Source: a virus | Lineage: Duplodnaviria > Caudoviricetes | Length of the DNA stretch: 52,674 nt | Virus record (IMG/VR): IMGVR_UViG_3300030333_004669 | Coordinates: 1-52,674 of that record | Strand: one strand, 5' to 3' | Part shown: in pieces, positions 7,597 through 19,800 of the stretch | Layout of the letters: the number at the start of each line of letters is the position of its first letter | Numbering within the stretch: the first letter of the stretch is position 1 | Translations under genes and position numbers: made by a program | Notes under the pieces: model-generated | Databases searched by the model: none | What the model was told of the DNA's origin: nothing | The model's input: the letters and a program-made list of their open reading frames with translations, nothing else

Positions 7597-8271
7597 TTAG
7601 AAAGGATTACCTTCTCCGCTGTCAGAAGGGGCAACCGAGTGAAGCACTCCGATGTCGCCCACCATCTTCAACTTGGCTTTGGTGGTTCCGTCTTTGGCTT
7701 CGTAGACCTCTGCTGATGGTCGCCCTTGTGCGTAAACCATTGTGTCTGCCGTAAGGGAGTCAGCCTTACCTACGTTGCGCTCTCCAAAACCTACAAAATC
7801 CCAGTAGGTCTTGAATGTTTTGTCGGCATAATCGCCGCTACCTTGTTCTTCAGTTACGATGGTTCCACCGATAAACTGCTTCCCACTTGCCTTGCCAGTG
7901 AGAACATTGATGTCACGAACTAACCTTCCTGCTATAGCTGTATTATTCATATTTATTCTAGTTTCTGCTTTTTTGATTAAAGATGCTCTGACCTTAGCAA
8001 TAGCACTTATTTCAATTTGCTGGACGCGCTGACGGGAAATACCCATATCCTCAGCCACTTGTGACTGGGTTTTTACAGTATTTAAATCGAGTAGCTCCCT
8101 CTCAGTACCACCATACTCCTTTAATAAAGTCCTTCTATTCCTTTGGTCGAGTAAACACCTCAGGCAGATTTCTACTGGTTTTTCTAACGGGGAGAAGTAA
8201 ACGCTCCTGCAAGAAACACATAGGTAGAAACAACCTCTGCCTGACGCACAATTTATTGCATAGTCACACAT
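7597..8271 (-). CDS. ssb: Single-stranded DNA-binding protein (7597-7950) in frame with an upstream CxxC/sigma70-region-4-like HTH
   Basis: MNNTAIAGRLVRD...YWDFVGFG...VYAQGR...Y..KDG OB-fold with an acidic tail ending in PF. Upstream TQSQVAEDMGISRQRVQQIEISAIAKVR HTH and CVSC/CLRC. Confidence 0.8.
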   Translation of the reverse strand: MCDYAINCASGRGCFYLCVSCRSVYFSPLEKPVEICLRCLLDQRNRRTLLKEYGGTERELLDLNTVKTQSQVAEDMGISRQRVQQIEISAIAKVRASLIKKAETRINMNNTAIAGRLVRDINVLTGKASGKQFIGGTIVTEEQGSGDYADKTFKTYWDFVGFGERNVGKADSLTADTMVYAQGRPSAEVYEAKDGTTKAKLKMVGDIGVLHSVAPSDSGEGNPF

Positions 8272-8805
8272 TGTGCAACACTTTTCTTAATCTTTTTTCG
8301 AGATAAATTCGATTTCCTTTGGCGGTTATAACAGCGGGTAAATTAGTAACTGACGGTTAGGTTAAATCAGGTTATCGGGTTTGTTTTTCCGTCCTTTGTC
8401 GGCAACGAGTTTTGGTTACAGCACCCCCTTGGAAATCATATTAATTTCCTTATTTTGTTAATAAGCTCCTTTCCCAATCCTTACCCCCGTTATCCCCGAG
8501 GGTAGGCTAAAACATTATTAATCCTTGGCGTTTTGCCTAGTTTTCTTGGCGTTGCAGGCTGGGATTATTTGGTCTGTTTTTCCTTTCTCGTATAACTGAG
8601 TCTGGCTACAGCAATCATATCCTCAAACGCCGCGTGCAACCGATGTAACGTGCAGGTTTCCCTGCTTGGATATGCCCTTTTTACGGTCTTGGGGGTCGCT
8701 AATGAGTTGATCACGCTAGTGGCCCTACCAAGAAAACCTATGTGCGGGAGAGGTATAAATGTGTTATTGCATACTGTCAAACAATTTATTACATTGTGCC
8801 ACAGA

Positions 8806-9060
8806 GTGGTGCAGCATGTTGAGTTTTTTGTTGAGCACAGAGATGAGGAATGGTGGGTGATGAGCAAGAGCAGATCGTTCCCGAATCCAAACCCAGTGGG
8901 GCAGAGGTTCGTGAAGATGGAGTACGGCCCGATTCTGAAGGTGGTTCATCAGACGGAGGAGGAGGCGATCAAGGAGAGGGACTGGCTGGAGGATCACATC
9001 AAGCGGTACGAAATGCGGAAGGCGAAGACCATGAGAAAGAGGCGGCGAGCCACTTCATAA
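8806..9060 (+). CDS. Hypothetical protein (start uncertain)
   Basis: The 3' part of ORF 8650-9060 looks protein-like; its 5' part overlaps promoter-like sequence. Confidence 0.45.
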   Translation: MVQHVEFFVEHRDEEWWVMSKSRSFPNPNPVGQRFVKMEYGPILKVVHQTEEEAIKERDWLEDHIKRYEMRKAKTMRKRRRATS

Positions 9061-9782
9061 ATTATGTGGCTGCTAGGGTAGGGGCTAAGCCCAGTGTGAT
9101 GAAGGCGGTCTGGGCTGCGATTGTGCAGGAAGCGCCAGCTTACTTACTGGAGGAGCAGCGCAGCATTAACATGGGCTTTGTTGAGTTGACCGCTATCCCG
9201 TACAGGGAGAACTGGAAGCAAATCATGCATGCCAAGTTTCCGAAACTGGTTCCGTCCTTAAAGAAGGTTCCCCGGGAAATGGCTGATGCTTATCTTTTTA
9301 ATGTAGGCTGGGATGCCGAGCTTCTTAATTCAGAGCTTTGTGAGTTCCATAGGAATGGCAGTCATTACGGATGGGCGATTGAAGCCCACGAAAAGAGGCA
9401 ATGGCAGCTAATTTCCTATGAATATGAGAGAAAACAAAGGGAATCACTGGGTGCTGCTCGATACGCATCAAGGTGGATCAAGGTGGTTCGCAAGGCTGCA
9501 AGAAGGATTTTAAAGTATTTTTTAAATTATGTGGCGAAAACGTCTATTCCGTGCGCGGCAGTTCGTGATGGCGGCAACAAAAGGGGCAATTATCTTGTGC
9601 CACACACCCCCAAAGGGAAAGTGCGCCCAACGGCTCCTCAGAACTTTGTTGTTCATGCTGTCAACGATCCGCAAGAAGGAGAAATTAAATCGCCAGAGGG
9701 GGCGACTTTATCTGGCCCGACTAAAAAAGTGCCACCAGTGCCCTTTATTTCATCCGATCCTAAAGACTTGTGGAAGCGCTGA
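8850..9782 (+). CDS. Hypothetical protein with an HU/IHF-like segment
   Basis: FINYVAARVGAKPSVMKAVWAAIVQEAPAYLLEEQRSINMGFVEL resembles HU helices 1-2 and strand 1. The N-terminus is low-complexity. Confidence 0.6.
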   Translation: MVGDEQEQIVPESKPSGAEVREDGVRPDSEGGSSDGGGGDQGEGLAGGSHQAVRNAEGEDHEKEAASHFINYVAARVGAKPSVMKAVWAAIVQEAPAYLLEEQRSINMGFVELTAIPYRENWKQIMHAKFPKLVPSLKKVPREMADAYLFNVGWDAELLNSELCEFHRNGSHYGWAIEAHEKRQWQLISYEYERKQRESLGAARYASRWIKVVRKAARRILKYFLNYVAKTSIPCAAVRDGGNKRGNYLVPHTPKGKVRPTAPQNFVVHAVNDPQEGEIKSPEGATLSGPTKKVPPVPFISSDPKDLWKR

Positions 9783-9936
9783 TACAATAGATGACGGAGG
9801 GGAACCTATGGGTTGCCTTTGCTTTATGCCTTTTAAGGCAAAATTAAATGTAGATTGTTGGTTAAGAGAAAATGAAGACAGATACGGGCCAATCGCCAGA
9901 GAGTACGGATGGGCAGACCCCATCAGAAATAACTAA
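9529..9936 (+). CDS. Cys-rich phage protein, putative zinc binding
   Basis: RLKKCHQC...CG...GCLCFMPFKAKL..DCW, a pattern common in small phage Cys-rich proteins. True start uncertain. Confidence 0.65.
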   Translation: MWRKRLFRARQFVMAATKGAIILCHTPPKGKCAQRLLRTLLFMLSTIRKKEKLNRQRGRLYLARLKKCHQCPLFHPILKTCGSADTIDDGGEPMGCLCFMPFKAKLNVDCWLRENEDRYGPIAREYGWADPIRNN

Positions 9937-10396
9937 TCCACCCATTGAGGTAGGCAAAGGAAAGGTTGAACCTGAGAAAATAACATCTCAGGAGATCGAC
10001 GATGCCGCTCGGGAGCTTGGGCTCAAGAAGATCGGGGCCGCTACGATCAAGAGGCTAAGTGACGTTGGGATAGCTGCTGAGCAGTATGGAGCTATCAAGG
10101 TGGCCCTAGGCAGGGTGGTTGTATCTGATGATCGGCTGGATCGGCTCATGGAGGTTGTCCTCGATGTGGCTGAAAATTCAGAGGAGCCCGAGATTCAAAT
10201 CAAAGCAGCGGCAGCGGGTTCTTCTCTTGCTCAACAGATTTCTAAGAACGCTGATCTCGTTTACAGAATGCAGAATGATAAGATGATTCAATCAAGTTCT
10301 GATAAGAGAAAGTTTCAATCTTTTGGCCCAGATCATGTGGTTGTCCCGGTGCAATCCAACGTGCAGGTCAATTTGTCGAAAGACGAGGAAAGCTGA
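9872..10396 (+). CDS. Hypothetical protein, possible terminase small subunit
   Basis: Helical 174-aa protein with EIQIKAA and a C-terminal VQVNL strand. The TerS call is a guess. Confidence 0.35.
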   Translation: MKTDTGQSPESTDGQTPSEITNPPIEVGKGKVEPEKITSQEIDDAARELGLKKIGAATIKRLSDVGIAAEQYGAIKVALGRVVVSDDRLDRLMEVVLDVAENSEEPEIQIKAAAAGSSLAQQISKNADLVYRMQNDKMIQSSSDKRKFQSFGPDHVVVPVQSNVQVNLSKDEES

Positions 10397-10411
10397 TAAA
10401 ATGCCGCTGAT

Positions 10412-10798
10412 ATGGCGGTTAATGGAACCCGACGCTTAGGGCGGTCAGACAGGCTGACACCAGATCAGAGGGAGAGGATAACAAGTAACTTGGTTAAGGA
10501 TGAAGATTCCTTAACGAGTGACAGCCCTCATCATGTGCCTACCCAGCAATCAGTGAAGCACTATGTGGATAATAAATATTCCCAGCTTCGCTACACTCAC
10601 ACCCAATCCACCTCCGCTAACCCTTGGTCAATCACGCACAACCTTGGGTACTATCCTGACGTTACGATAATGAAGTCTGTAATTGGCGGGGGATCAGATG
10701 ACTACGAGGAGGTAGAGGCTCACATTCAGCACAACAGCGTGAACGATTTAACAATAAACTTATCTGGAGCAACATCAGGTAAGGCACTTATGAGATAA
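10412..10798 (+). CDS. Small fibre-associated virion protein
   Basis: DEDSLTSDS..VPTQQSVKHYVD fibre motif plus a YTHTQ..W.ITHNLGYYPDV domain. Confidence 0.65.
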   Translation: MAVNGTRRLGRSDRLTPDQRERITSNLVKDEDSLTSDSPHHVPTQQSVKHYVDNKYSQLRYTHTQSTSANPWSITHNLGYYPDVTIMKSVIGGGSDDYEEVEAHIQHNSVNDLTINLSGATSGKALMR

Positions 10799-10802
10799 CA
10801 TC

Positions 10803-13800
10803 ATGGCAGATAAAAAAGTTTTTACTAATCTTCAGTTTGAAGGAAACGCGGAGTTAAAATTTCCAAGGGTACACCCCGATGGTTCAGCACCAGCATCCAA
10901 AGGGCCGGGGCAAGCCTACTTTGATACAGGAACAGGAGGCACACTAAACCTACAGTTCGCAGAGGCAGGGGGAACTAACGATTGGCGGGCAGTACACACC
11001 TCTGGCGTTCCGTTCAGCACCGATCAAGTGTTTACCTCCAGCTTGGCTACTGGGACTGCACCGTTCACGATTACGTCTACCACTAAAGTCGCAAACCTTA
11101 ATGTTGATAAACTGAATGGGCGTACTTGGTCTGAATCGACTACTGGTGACACTATTGTATCAAGAGATGGATTAGGCCGAATAAAAGTAACAGCACCTAG
11201 TTCCTCGGACACAAGCTCATCTTTAAATTTATACGCAGTCAATAAGGGCTACGTCGATAATGCGATTCAAGGGCTGGATCACAAATCATCTGTTCGGGTA
11301 GCCACGATAGGAGCTAACATTGACATTAGCGGAACCGCTACAGATATAGACCACGGCGATACCTTTAATGGAGTAAAATTAACAGAAGGAGATCGTGTTC
11401 TTGTTAAGGATCAAACTGTTAAAGCGGAGAACGGAATCTATGTTGTGGGGGCGGCGAATCAAGGAGTCTCAAGAGCTACTGATGCTGACACTACGGGTTC
11501 CACGGATATATCTGCTGGATCGGATGGTAGCGGTTTTACGGGGTCAGGCAGCGATGCAATATTAGGATGGTCAGCGTCTTCTGGGACACCATCTGTTTCC
11601 TCTGGGGCTTTATCATGGACGCATCCAAGCAACACAGATTGGCATTCTCTTAACACTACGTTCACGGCAGAATCGGGGAAAACGTATGTAATCAAGGCAA
11701 CATTCACGGGGAACACCACAGGGGCGTGGAATTTCAGAGCAACCGATGAAAATAGCCAGCATTCTACTGAATACGGAAATATTGGGGGAAGTTTCAATAA
11801 CGAGTCTGTTGAGTTAATCGTAACACCAAATATAAATGGTACTGTCTATGTTTATTTTAACAGTCAGGCAAGCGGGGCAGTAATTGAGTTGTCGGCGTTG
11901 TCAGTTTTAGAGACAGCTTTAACGGATGGTGCGTTTGTTTTTGTTGAAGAAGGGAATGCGTTGGCTAATACAGCTTGGGTATTGAGCGATGCTTCTCATG
12001 TTGGCGACTGTCTATGGACACAATTTTCTGGGGCTGGTCAGATTACCGCTGGAGATGGTTTAGCCAAGAATAGTGATATTTTAAGCGTTGATCTTGCCGC
12101 TGGAACACCCCTTCAGATTTCCAGCAACAAATTGTCTATGGCAGCGATTGGGGTGAATGACCTAGCCGATGACGCAGTAACCGCTGCCAAGCTGGATGAT
12201 GACGGTAACTTTACAATGGCCAAGTTAGGTCTAGGGGGTTCTCCTACGGCGACACAACTCGGTTCATCCAGTTGGCCTACCAACGCTTTAGATGTCAACG
12301 GTGCTATTCGTTTGCTTGGGGGAGGATACGCAACGTATGCGGCAAAACTAACAGCAAGATTAGACTCAGAACATTGTTTGACGTTAGAGTCACAAATTAA
12401 TGACACTACTCCGTTTGAGGTTATTGGGACGTATGCAGGAAGTGGTGGAGCAAGCCCACGGGTTGTGTTGTCAGCGAATGGCAAACCAGTAGGAATAAAT
12501 GTTACCGACCCCAGCGGAACCCTGCACGTTCAAACGGCGAGGTATGGGAGTAATCTTTTAACAGGATCAAAGGCGTTTACTACTACTAGCGGAACTGATT
12601 GGGCTGTTGAAGCAGGATGGTCTTTAAGCGGAGGAACCGCCACAAGGAATAGTAGCTCATCCGATGAAAAGTGGATTTACGTCACTTCATTAACTTCAGT
12701 TGGTAAACGCTATAAATTCTCATTTAATTTTAATAGGACTGCTGGTTCTGGTCATTTGGAGGTAGTGCAGTTTAACTCTGGCTGGATAGTAATTACAGAC
12801 AACGTGGCTAACGCTGACGGAGCAGGGTCAGTAACAGGTTATTATAACACTACAACAGGCAGTAATGGGGGTTTTTACATTCGGAACTCTGGAGAATGGC
12901 AGGGGACATTTACTGGACTGACGATAGTAGAGGACACACTAACCGCCAATGCTTCGGCTACGGAAGCTGGAGGTTTGTCGGTCAACGCTGCCGCCGATGA
13001 TCTGGTTATAGCGAACAACGATCACGGTGGTTTGTCTATTATTACTCCAGCGGATAAGAAGGGTATAATATTCTTTGGAGACAAGAACGACAATGACCGT
13101 GGTGGAATTAAATATGACCATGCCGAAAACAACAGCGAAGTAGCCACCGATGAACGTATGGAGTTTTCAGTTAACGGAGACAATAAAGCGTTAACTCTGC
13201 ACTCTGATCTGTCAGCAAAGTTTGAGGGTGGAATAGGTATAGGCACGGTAGAATCAACTGCTGGACATATTACTGCATTAGATACAACTCCATTAATCAC
13301 CGCAAAAAACAGCAACGACAATTTAGCCGAAATAGGGGCAGGATCAACGGGGGGTAAGTTTTATGCGGGAGGAGACAATGGGGCTATCTTGTTATCTACA
13401 TTTGGAACGTCATATCTTAATTCGGGTAATGTGGCTATTGGTGGGGATGCTGCTTCTGCAAAATTAGAGGTAATAACGGGCAGCAATACTGACGGCATTC
13501 AAATTCGCCGCAACAGCGCAAACGCAACGTCAACAGCATTACTCGGCTTTAGGACATCGTCTGGAGCTAACGCAACAAACACCTCTAGTATAGCGGCAGT
13601 TAGAACTAATTTACCTAACGCTGGAGACAACAAATTAGTTTTTCAAACACAAGCGTCTGGAGCGTTAGCAGAGCATTTGACCATTGACGGATACGGAACC
13701 CATGACCACAAAGCCAACCCCATCGTTAACTCCGCTACAGTCCAAGGATTGCAGGACGGGGCTTGCTACGATTTTGACGGGGAAAACACTACCCGCATAG

Positions 13801-16800
13801 CACTTCCCACGGCAGCTTATGATGCAGTTAAAGGCGACCGAATTACAGTTGCAGCATGGATTAAAAGAACATCCGATTCTGGCGAATATGACGGGATAGT
13901 GTCTGTTGATGGTTTGGTCAACCAGGCCGAAGGGTTCGCTCTTTTAATAGACGGTACAGACGATAAGCTATTTTGGCAATACGATGCTGGTAGCCAAATA
14001 GACCATAACGATTCTGGCGGCCAAGTGTTGGCACTAAATGTGTGGTATCACGTTGTTGGTATCTATGATGGGAGCAACCTCAAAACCTATGTAAATGGCG
14101 TTTTGGATCGCACACAGTCTGGTGCAGGAAAGGCTTTAAGTGGAACTAATAAGACCATTGTAATAGGCAACCAACACACAAATGCTAATAAATATTTCCG
14201 AGGCCAAATCAGAGACGTTAAAATCTTCCCCTCCGCACTTTCCGCTGGAGACATTCGCAAATTATATAGCGGCGAGAATCCGAAGAAGAATAACAATGTA
14301 GACTTGCTGGAAGGATACGGTGATGGCGAATCAGCAAGTGTTTCGCAATGGACAAACCAAAGTGGGGCTACAATTTCATCTGAAGATAACACTTTTAAAG
14401 TCACAACTACGGCAGCTTTTGTTGCGGCAAAAAGGAATGTCGCAACTACCGAAGGAAAACTTTATAAGGTTAGTGCGCTGGTCAAGGCTGGATCAGTTGG
14501 GGCTTTATTGGAAATAACTGGCACGGGTCTTTCATCTATTAACTCTGGAACCGTTACAAGTTCTTCTTTCGTTCGCAAAACCATATTCTTTACCGCTGCC
14601 TCGTCTACCTCAGTAGTTGAGCTTCAAGTGCAGACAAGCAGTAGTAGTGGAGGTACTGCTTATTTTGACGACATCACTTTTGAAGAAGTAGGAACCCTCG
14701 TAGATTTTACCCCTCAATCAGCTTCATCGTCCAAATGGAGAAACGAGGCACTACTTGGGTTTTACGATGGCACGGTAAACAACGCCACTCTGTCGCAGGG
14801 CAACTCTTATTGGAACAACATTAAGCAGGATGGGACAGCGACAACAATAGACGGATCGCTTGAGGTTCAAACTGCTTCTGGGGGTGAACTTAATTTTGAC
14901 CGAAACGGAAATAGCGGAGTTGCGATTCAGCTAAAGAACAACGGTGATATAGCCAGCGGGACACTTAAACTTGCTGGTGGTTCTGGCGTTACATTGTTCA
15001 CCAACGAAACTGAAGCACTATCTACTGCGGGTGGCGATGTAAAGGTGGCAGCCAAGCTAGGCATTGGAGACGTTGCTGACAATAACCATGATTTACGAAT
15101 ACATAACACTTCAAATTACGGTTTACTATTTTCTGGAACGAACGGGACTATTAAGTCTAACAACAATTTAGTAGTAGAGGCTACTCATAACATATATTTA
15201 CGACCCCAGACTAGTACCCAAGATTATGCTGTTCGTGTGGATACTGGTAAAGGGTTAAGAGTTACGTCTGGGACTGTAGGAATTGGAGCAGGAGCAGCAA
15301 ACCCTTCTACCGAGGGGTTGGAGATTGCTAATCCATCTGCCGATACGACTTATGATTTAAATAGCCAAGCGGATAATCTTCTGGTTATTCGGAATAGCGA
15401 TACATCAGCTAATTTGAATCGGTTTGCTGGGTTCCAAATGAAGATTAATTCCGATTCTTTAGCAGCAGAGGGAACTATACGAACCCAGTTTGCCGAAGAT
15501 GGTGGAGCGGATTTAATATTCTCAACAACAAAGAGTGGGAGTGGAGTTGACCGATTAACATTAGACAAGGACGGTGTTCACAATCACCACGGCAACCACA
15601 CAGTTAACTCCGCTACAGTTCAAGGATTGCAGGATGGGGCTTGTTACGATTTTGATGGGGCTAGTGGTTCTGTTTACACTTCATTAGCTGAGAATCCATT
15701 TAAAGGTGGTGGCACAATTTCTTTGTGGATAAATGGAAGAACGGTCGGGGAAGGCTCGTTAGGGAGGTTGTTTGACTCTGTTGGGTACGGAGTGTTATCT
15801 CACCTTGACGGTGCAAGCGGAGGGGCATACCGAGTTTATTTTTCTCAAGCTCACTCAACGGATTTAGGAGGGTGGCACAGCGGTTACGCTTTTGAGCTAA
15901 ACAAGTGGAACCATGTAGTCATCTCTTATAACAACGCATCAACTTCTAACAACCCATCAATTTGGATAAATGGTGTTTCACAGACTGTTACCGAAGCCTA
16001 CACACCAGATGGGACAGCTTCTGATTCAGCAAGTGGTCAGATATATTTAGGCGGGAATAGTGGCGATAACAGAACATGGGACGGCAGTATAAGAGACGTA
16101 AAAATCTTCCCCTCCGCATTGGAAGATGCCGATGTTCGCAAACTCTATAGCGGCGAGAACCCGAAGAAGAATCTTAATGTAAACTTAGTAACTAACGGAG
16201 ATTTTAGTTCTGCGCTGGGAACTACATGGGCGGCACGGAGAAGCGCAGTAGTCTCAATCGTCAGCGGGGAGTTAAAGGTTGTAAACGCTGGGGGTGTAGG
16301 GAGTGGTATAGCGGAACAAGCCATAACTCTTACGGGGGGTAAAACCTATAAGCTAAAAGCAGACGTAAAATCTTTTTCTGGGCTGACTCAAGCGTATATG
16401 CGGGTTTGGACTACATCTGCGACTTCGGGTGGTTCCGCTGATCTAGATAAAGTTGTAACCGCAGGAGATGACCAAGAGTTTGTTTTTACGGTTTCTGGTA
16501 GTGGTTCAGTTACTCGCTATGTGACCCTACAAGGTTATGGCGGCAGCAATGATGACTATGTAGTTTTTGATAATGTTTCCCTAACAGAAGTCGGAACCCT
16601 CGTTGATTTCACCTCTGATTCAGCAAGCACTAGCAAATGGTACAATGATGCACTACTTGGTTTTTATGATGGCACAGTAAACAACGCCACGCTTTCGCAG
16701 GGTAACTCGTACTGGAATAATATAAAACAGGACGGCGATGGTGTTGAATTTAAAAATAATATAGGTATAGGTACTGCCCCTACTACATGGAAGGCAACGA

Positions 16801-19800
16801 TAAGCGATGGCACTACTACGGGATTCATAAATGCGTACAACAACGCTCTCAGTTTCGGAACCAACACAGATCACGCTCTAAAACTTTACCAGAACGGAAC
16901 TGTTGCTTTTCAGTTGGACGCTGACGGTAATACTGAAGTTGAAAACAAGCTCGGCGTTGGGGGTGTTGCTACTTCTGCAATGACCCTTCACATGGCGGGT
17001 GGTAGTTATACTACAGATGCTACTAGCGGATTTATTATTAGTAACACAAGTTCTGGCCGTGCAACGCAAAGGATTCGTACCGTCAACGACAATGCTGCCG
17101 AGTTGTTTTTTGATGTAAACGGTGCTTCACGTTGGGATTTTTCATGCAGGAATAGTGGAAGTGATTACAAACTAAACCTATACAGCCAAGCTGGCACACC
17201 TTCATACACCGCCGTATCTGGCCCAGCAATGACATGGTTGCAAAATGGCAACGTAGGAATTGGGAACGATGACCCCAAAGCATTACTTCACCTAAAAAGT
17301 TCTGGCGGCACAACACTACGACTAGAACGCAATGACACCACAATCGTTGCTGGCGATATATTAGGTCAGATTGAATTTGAGGGGCAAGACACTAGTGATA
17401 CAGCCGCAGCGTCTGGTATTCGGGCTAAAATACTAGCGATAGCGGATGATCAGAACGGCTACGCACATAGAGGAGCGACAGGGTTATCATTTCGCACATC
17501 ATCATTAGGAGGAGGGGGTGACAATACTGACGCAACTACAGAACGGTTGCGTATCACAGATGACGGCACTCAAGACCACCACGGCAACCGCATTGTAAAC
17601 TCCGCTACGGTCGCTGGGTTGCAAGATGGGGCTTGCTATGATTTTAACGGCACTACCTCAAGCATAGACCTTGGGTCAGAGGTTATCGGTACTGGTGCGG
17701 TAACGGTTTCAGCATGGGTTAAGTCCGATGATTACGGGGAGCATGGAGGTAATGATTTTGGGAGAATAGTCGATAACGGAACTCAATATTTGTATATCGC
17801 AAGTGCAAGTTCGGGTCAAATTTTGTTTAAGCGTTCAACTGGGGGAACAGCAGCAGAAGCACCTTGGCCAACATCTAACCACGGCAAGTGGATTCATGTT
17901 GCAGCAACATCTACTGCTGCGGGTGCTATAAAGATTTATATTAACGGGGTAGACTCTACTACTACCGCTGGAGCGGGATCACCTACGGCTGGGAATACTA
18001 ACACATTTATTGGTAACAATTCTGATTCAGACAGAACATGGGACGGTAGCATAAGAGACGTTAAAATCTTTCCCTCCGAATTGGACGCTGCCGATGTTCG
18101 CAAACTGTATAGCGGCGAGAATCCGAAGAAGAATGACAATGTTGAAAAAGTTACCAACGGAGACTTTAGCACCCAACTTACCGTAACTACTAACGGGGGA
18201 AGCTCGGGTGGTTGGACTAATTATAACGCTACATCAATTTCCACTAACGGCAGCGCACAACTTGTTGTAGATGACACAACGGGTGTTGGCGGTAATAGTG
18301 CTGCCATTCAAAACTTAAACCTAACATCGGGTAAGAATTATTTAGTCAGCCTTGATTTAATTGCAGTAGGGGGAACTGGAACCACGGGCTTATACGTTAG
18401 TGCTAGGGGTTCGTCTACTAATCCTAACCCTACTGGTAATTGGCAAATCAGCGCAAATAGCACTCTTGGAACGCACCGATTTTTAGTTGAGGCGACCTCA
18501 GATTCGTATTTGTGGATATGCGCTAATGGGACTTCAACGGTAACAGTAGATAACGTCTCTGTTAAAGAAGCGGAAACCCTTGTAGACTTCACTCCGCAGT
18601 CAGCTTCGTCTTCAAAATGGAGGAACGAAGCAATACTTGGTCTTTACGATGGTACAGTCAACAACGCCACCTTGTCGCGGGGTAACTCGTATTGGAATAA
18701 TATTAAGCAGGATGGGCAAGCTGTAGAATTGTCTGACACTTTTGAGGTAACAGGGGCAAACGAAAAGATTAATTTAAAGCTGGGCGCACCTCATAGCACT
18801 ATTACTCAGCGGGGTTGGCTGAAACTGAGCAACGCTACAAATAACACTACAGTTTACACAAACGCTGGAGCTTCAAATGGTGAGTTTGGAATACATACTT
18901 TTAAGCAAAGCAAGGGCGATGGCACAGATGCACGGTCAATTCTCACTCTAGGTGAAACTAGCAATACAAATGTAAAAGTCCACGGCAAGCTCGGCGTTGG
19001 TGCTGATGCTGATGCAAATGCTGCGTTGAATGTTAATGGAGGGATGCTTGGAACATATTTCCGTATGTCTGATTACGGAGAAATCCGAGCAGATGACGCT
19101 GAGTTGTATTTTGAAAATACAGCTAATAATCGTTATTGGCGTTGGAAGTTAGCTGAAGAAGGATCAACTGATACATTTAATTTTATACTAGACCACTACA
19201 ACGGAACCTCTACATCAAATGTTTTACAATTTACACCAACTGGCAACGTAGGAATAAACAGCACAGCCCCAAAAGCACTACTTGATATTAACTCAACTGC
19301 TACTGGAACGTATCCATTGCTTATAAGGGGCGACTTGGATGGAGCAGGAAGATATACGGGCATTAAGTTTGGGCTGAATGGAACAGGAGCCACAAACAAT
19401 TATTTTAAGGCCGCAATTCAAGTGCGAGGAACGGGTGGTCATGTCCAGCCCGATATGCACTTCATGTTGCAAAGTGCCGCCTCATCAACTTCGGTAGAAG
19501 ACACAGCAAGTGACAGAGTTCTTACGCTCAGAAATGACGGCACACATGACCACAATGGCAACCGCACGGTAAACAGCCAGACGGTCAGCGACTCATGGCG
19601 ATCTTCGGAACCTTCTTTGCGGTTTGATGGGAGTAATGATGTAGTTACTGTAGGATCAACTACTAATTACGGATCAAAAGCTACTGTTGCTGTTTGGGTT
19701 AAATTTAACAAACATGATGCAGCAGATAATGGCAGAGAGGGAATAGTCGGTTCAAAATATTGGTCTGATAACGACTTCTCGTTGCACCTACATGATTCTG

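Noticed and set aside
8489-8497. DnaA-box-like TTATCCCCG
   Set aside because: It is a single copy with two mismatches to TTATCCACA, which is expected by chance.
13701-18716. Fibre repeats as DGR template/variable repeats or shufflon sites
   Set aside because: Differences are mostly synonymous and involve all bases rather than adenines only. All copies are in frame and in the same orientation. No reverse transcriptase or invertase is seen.
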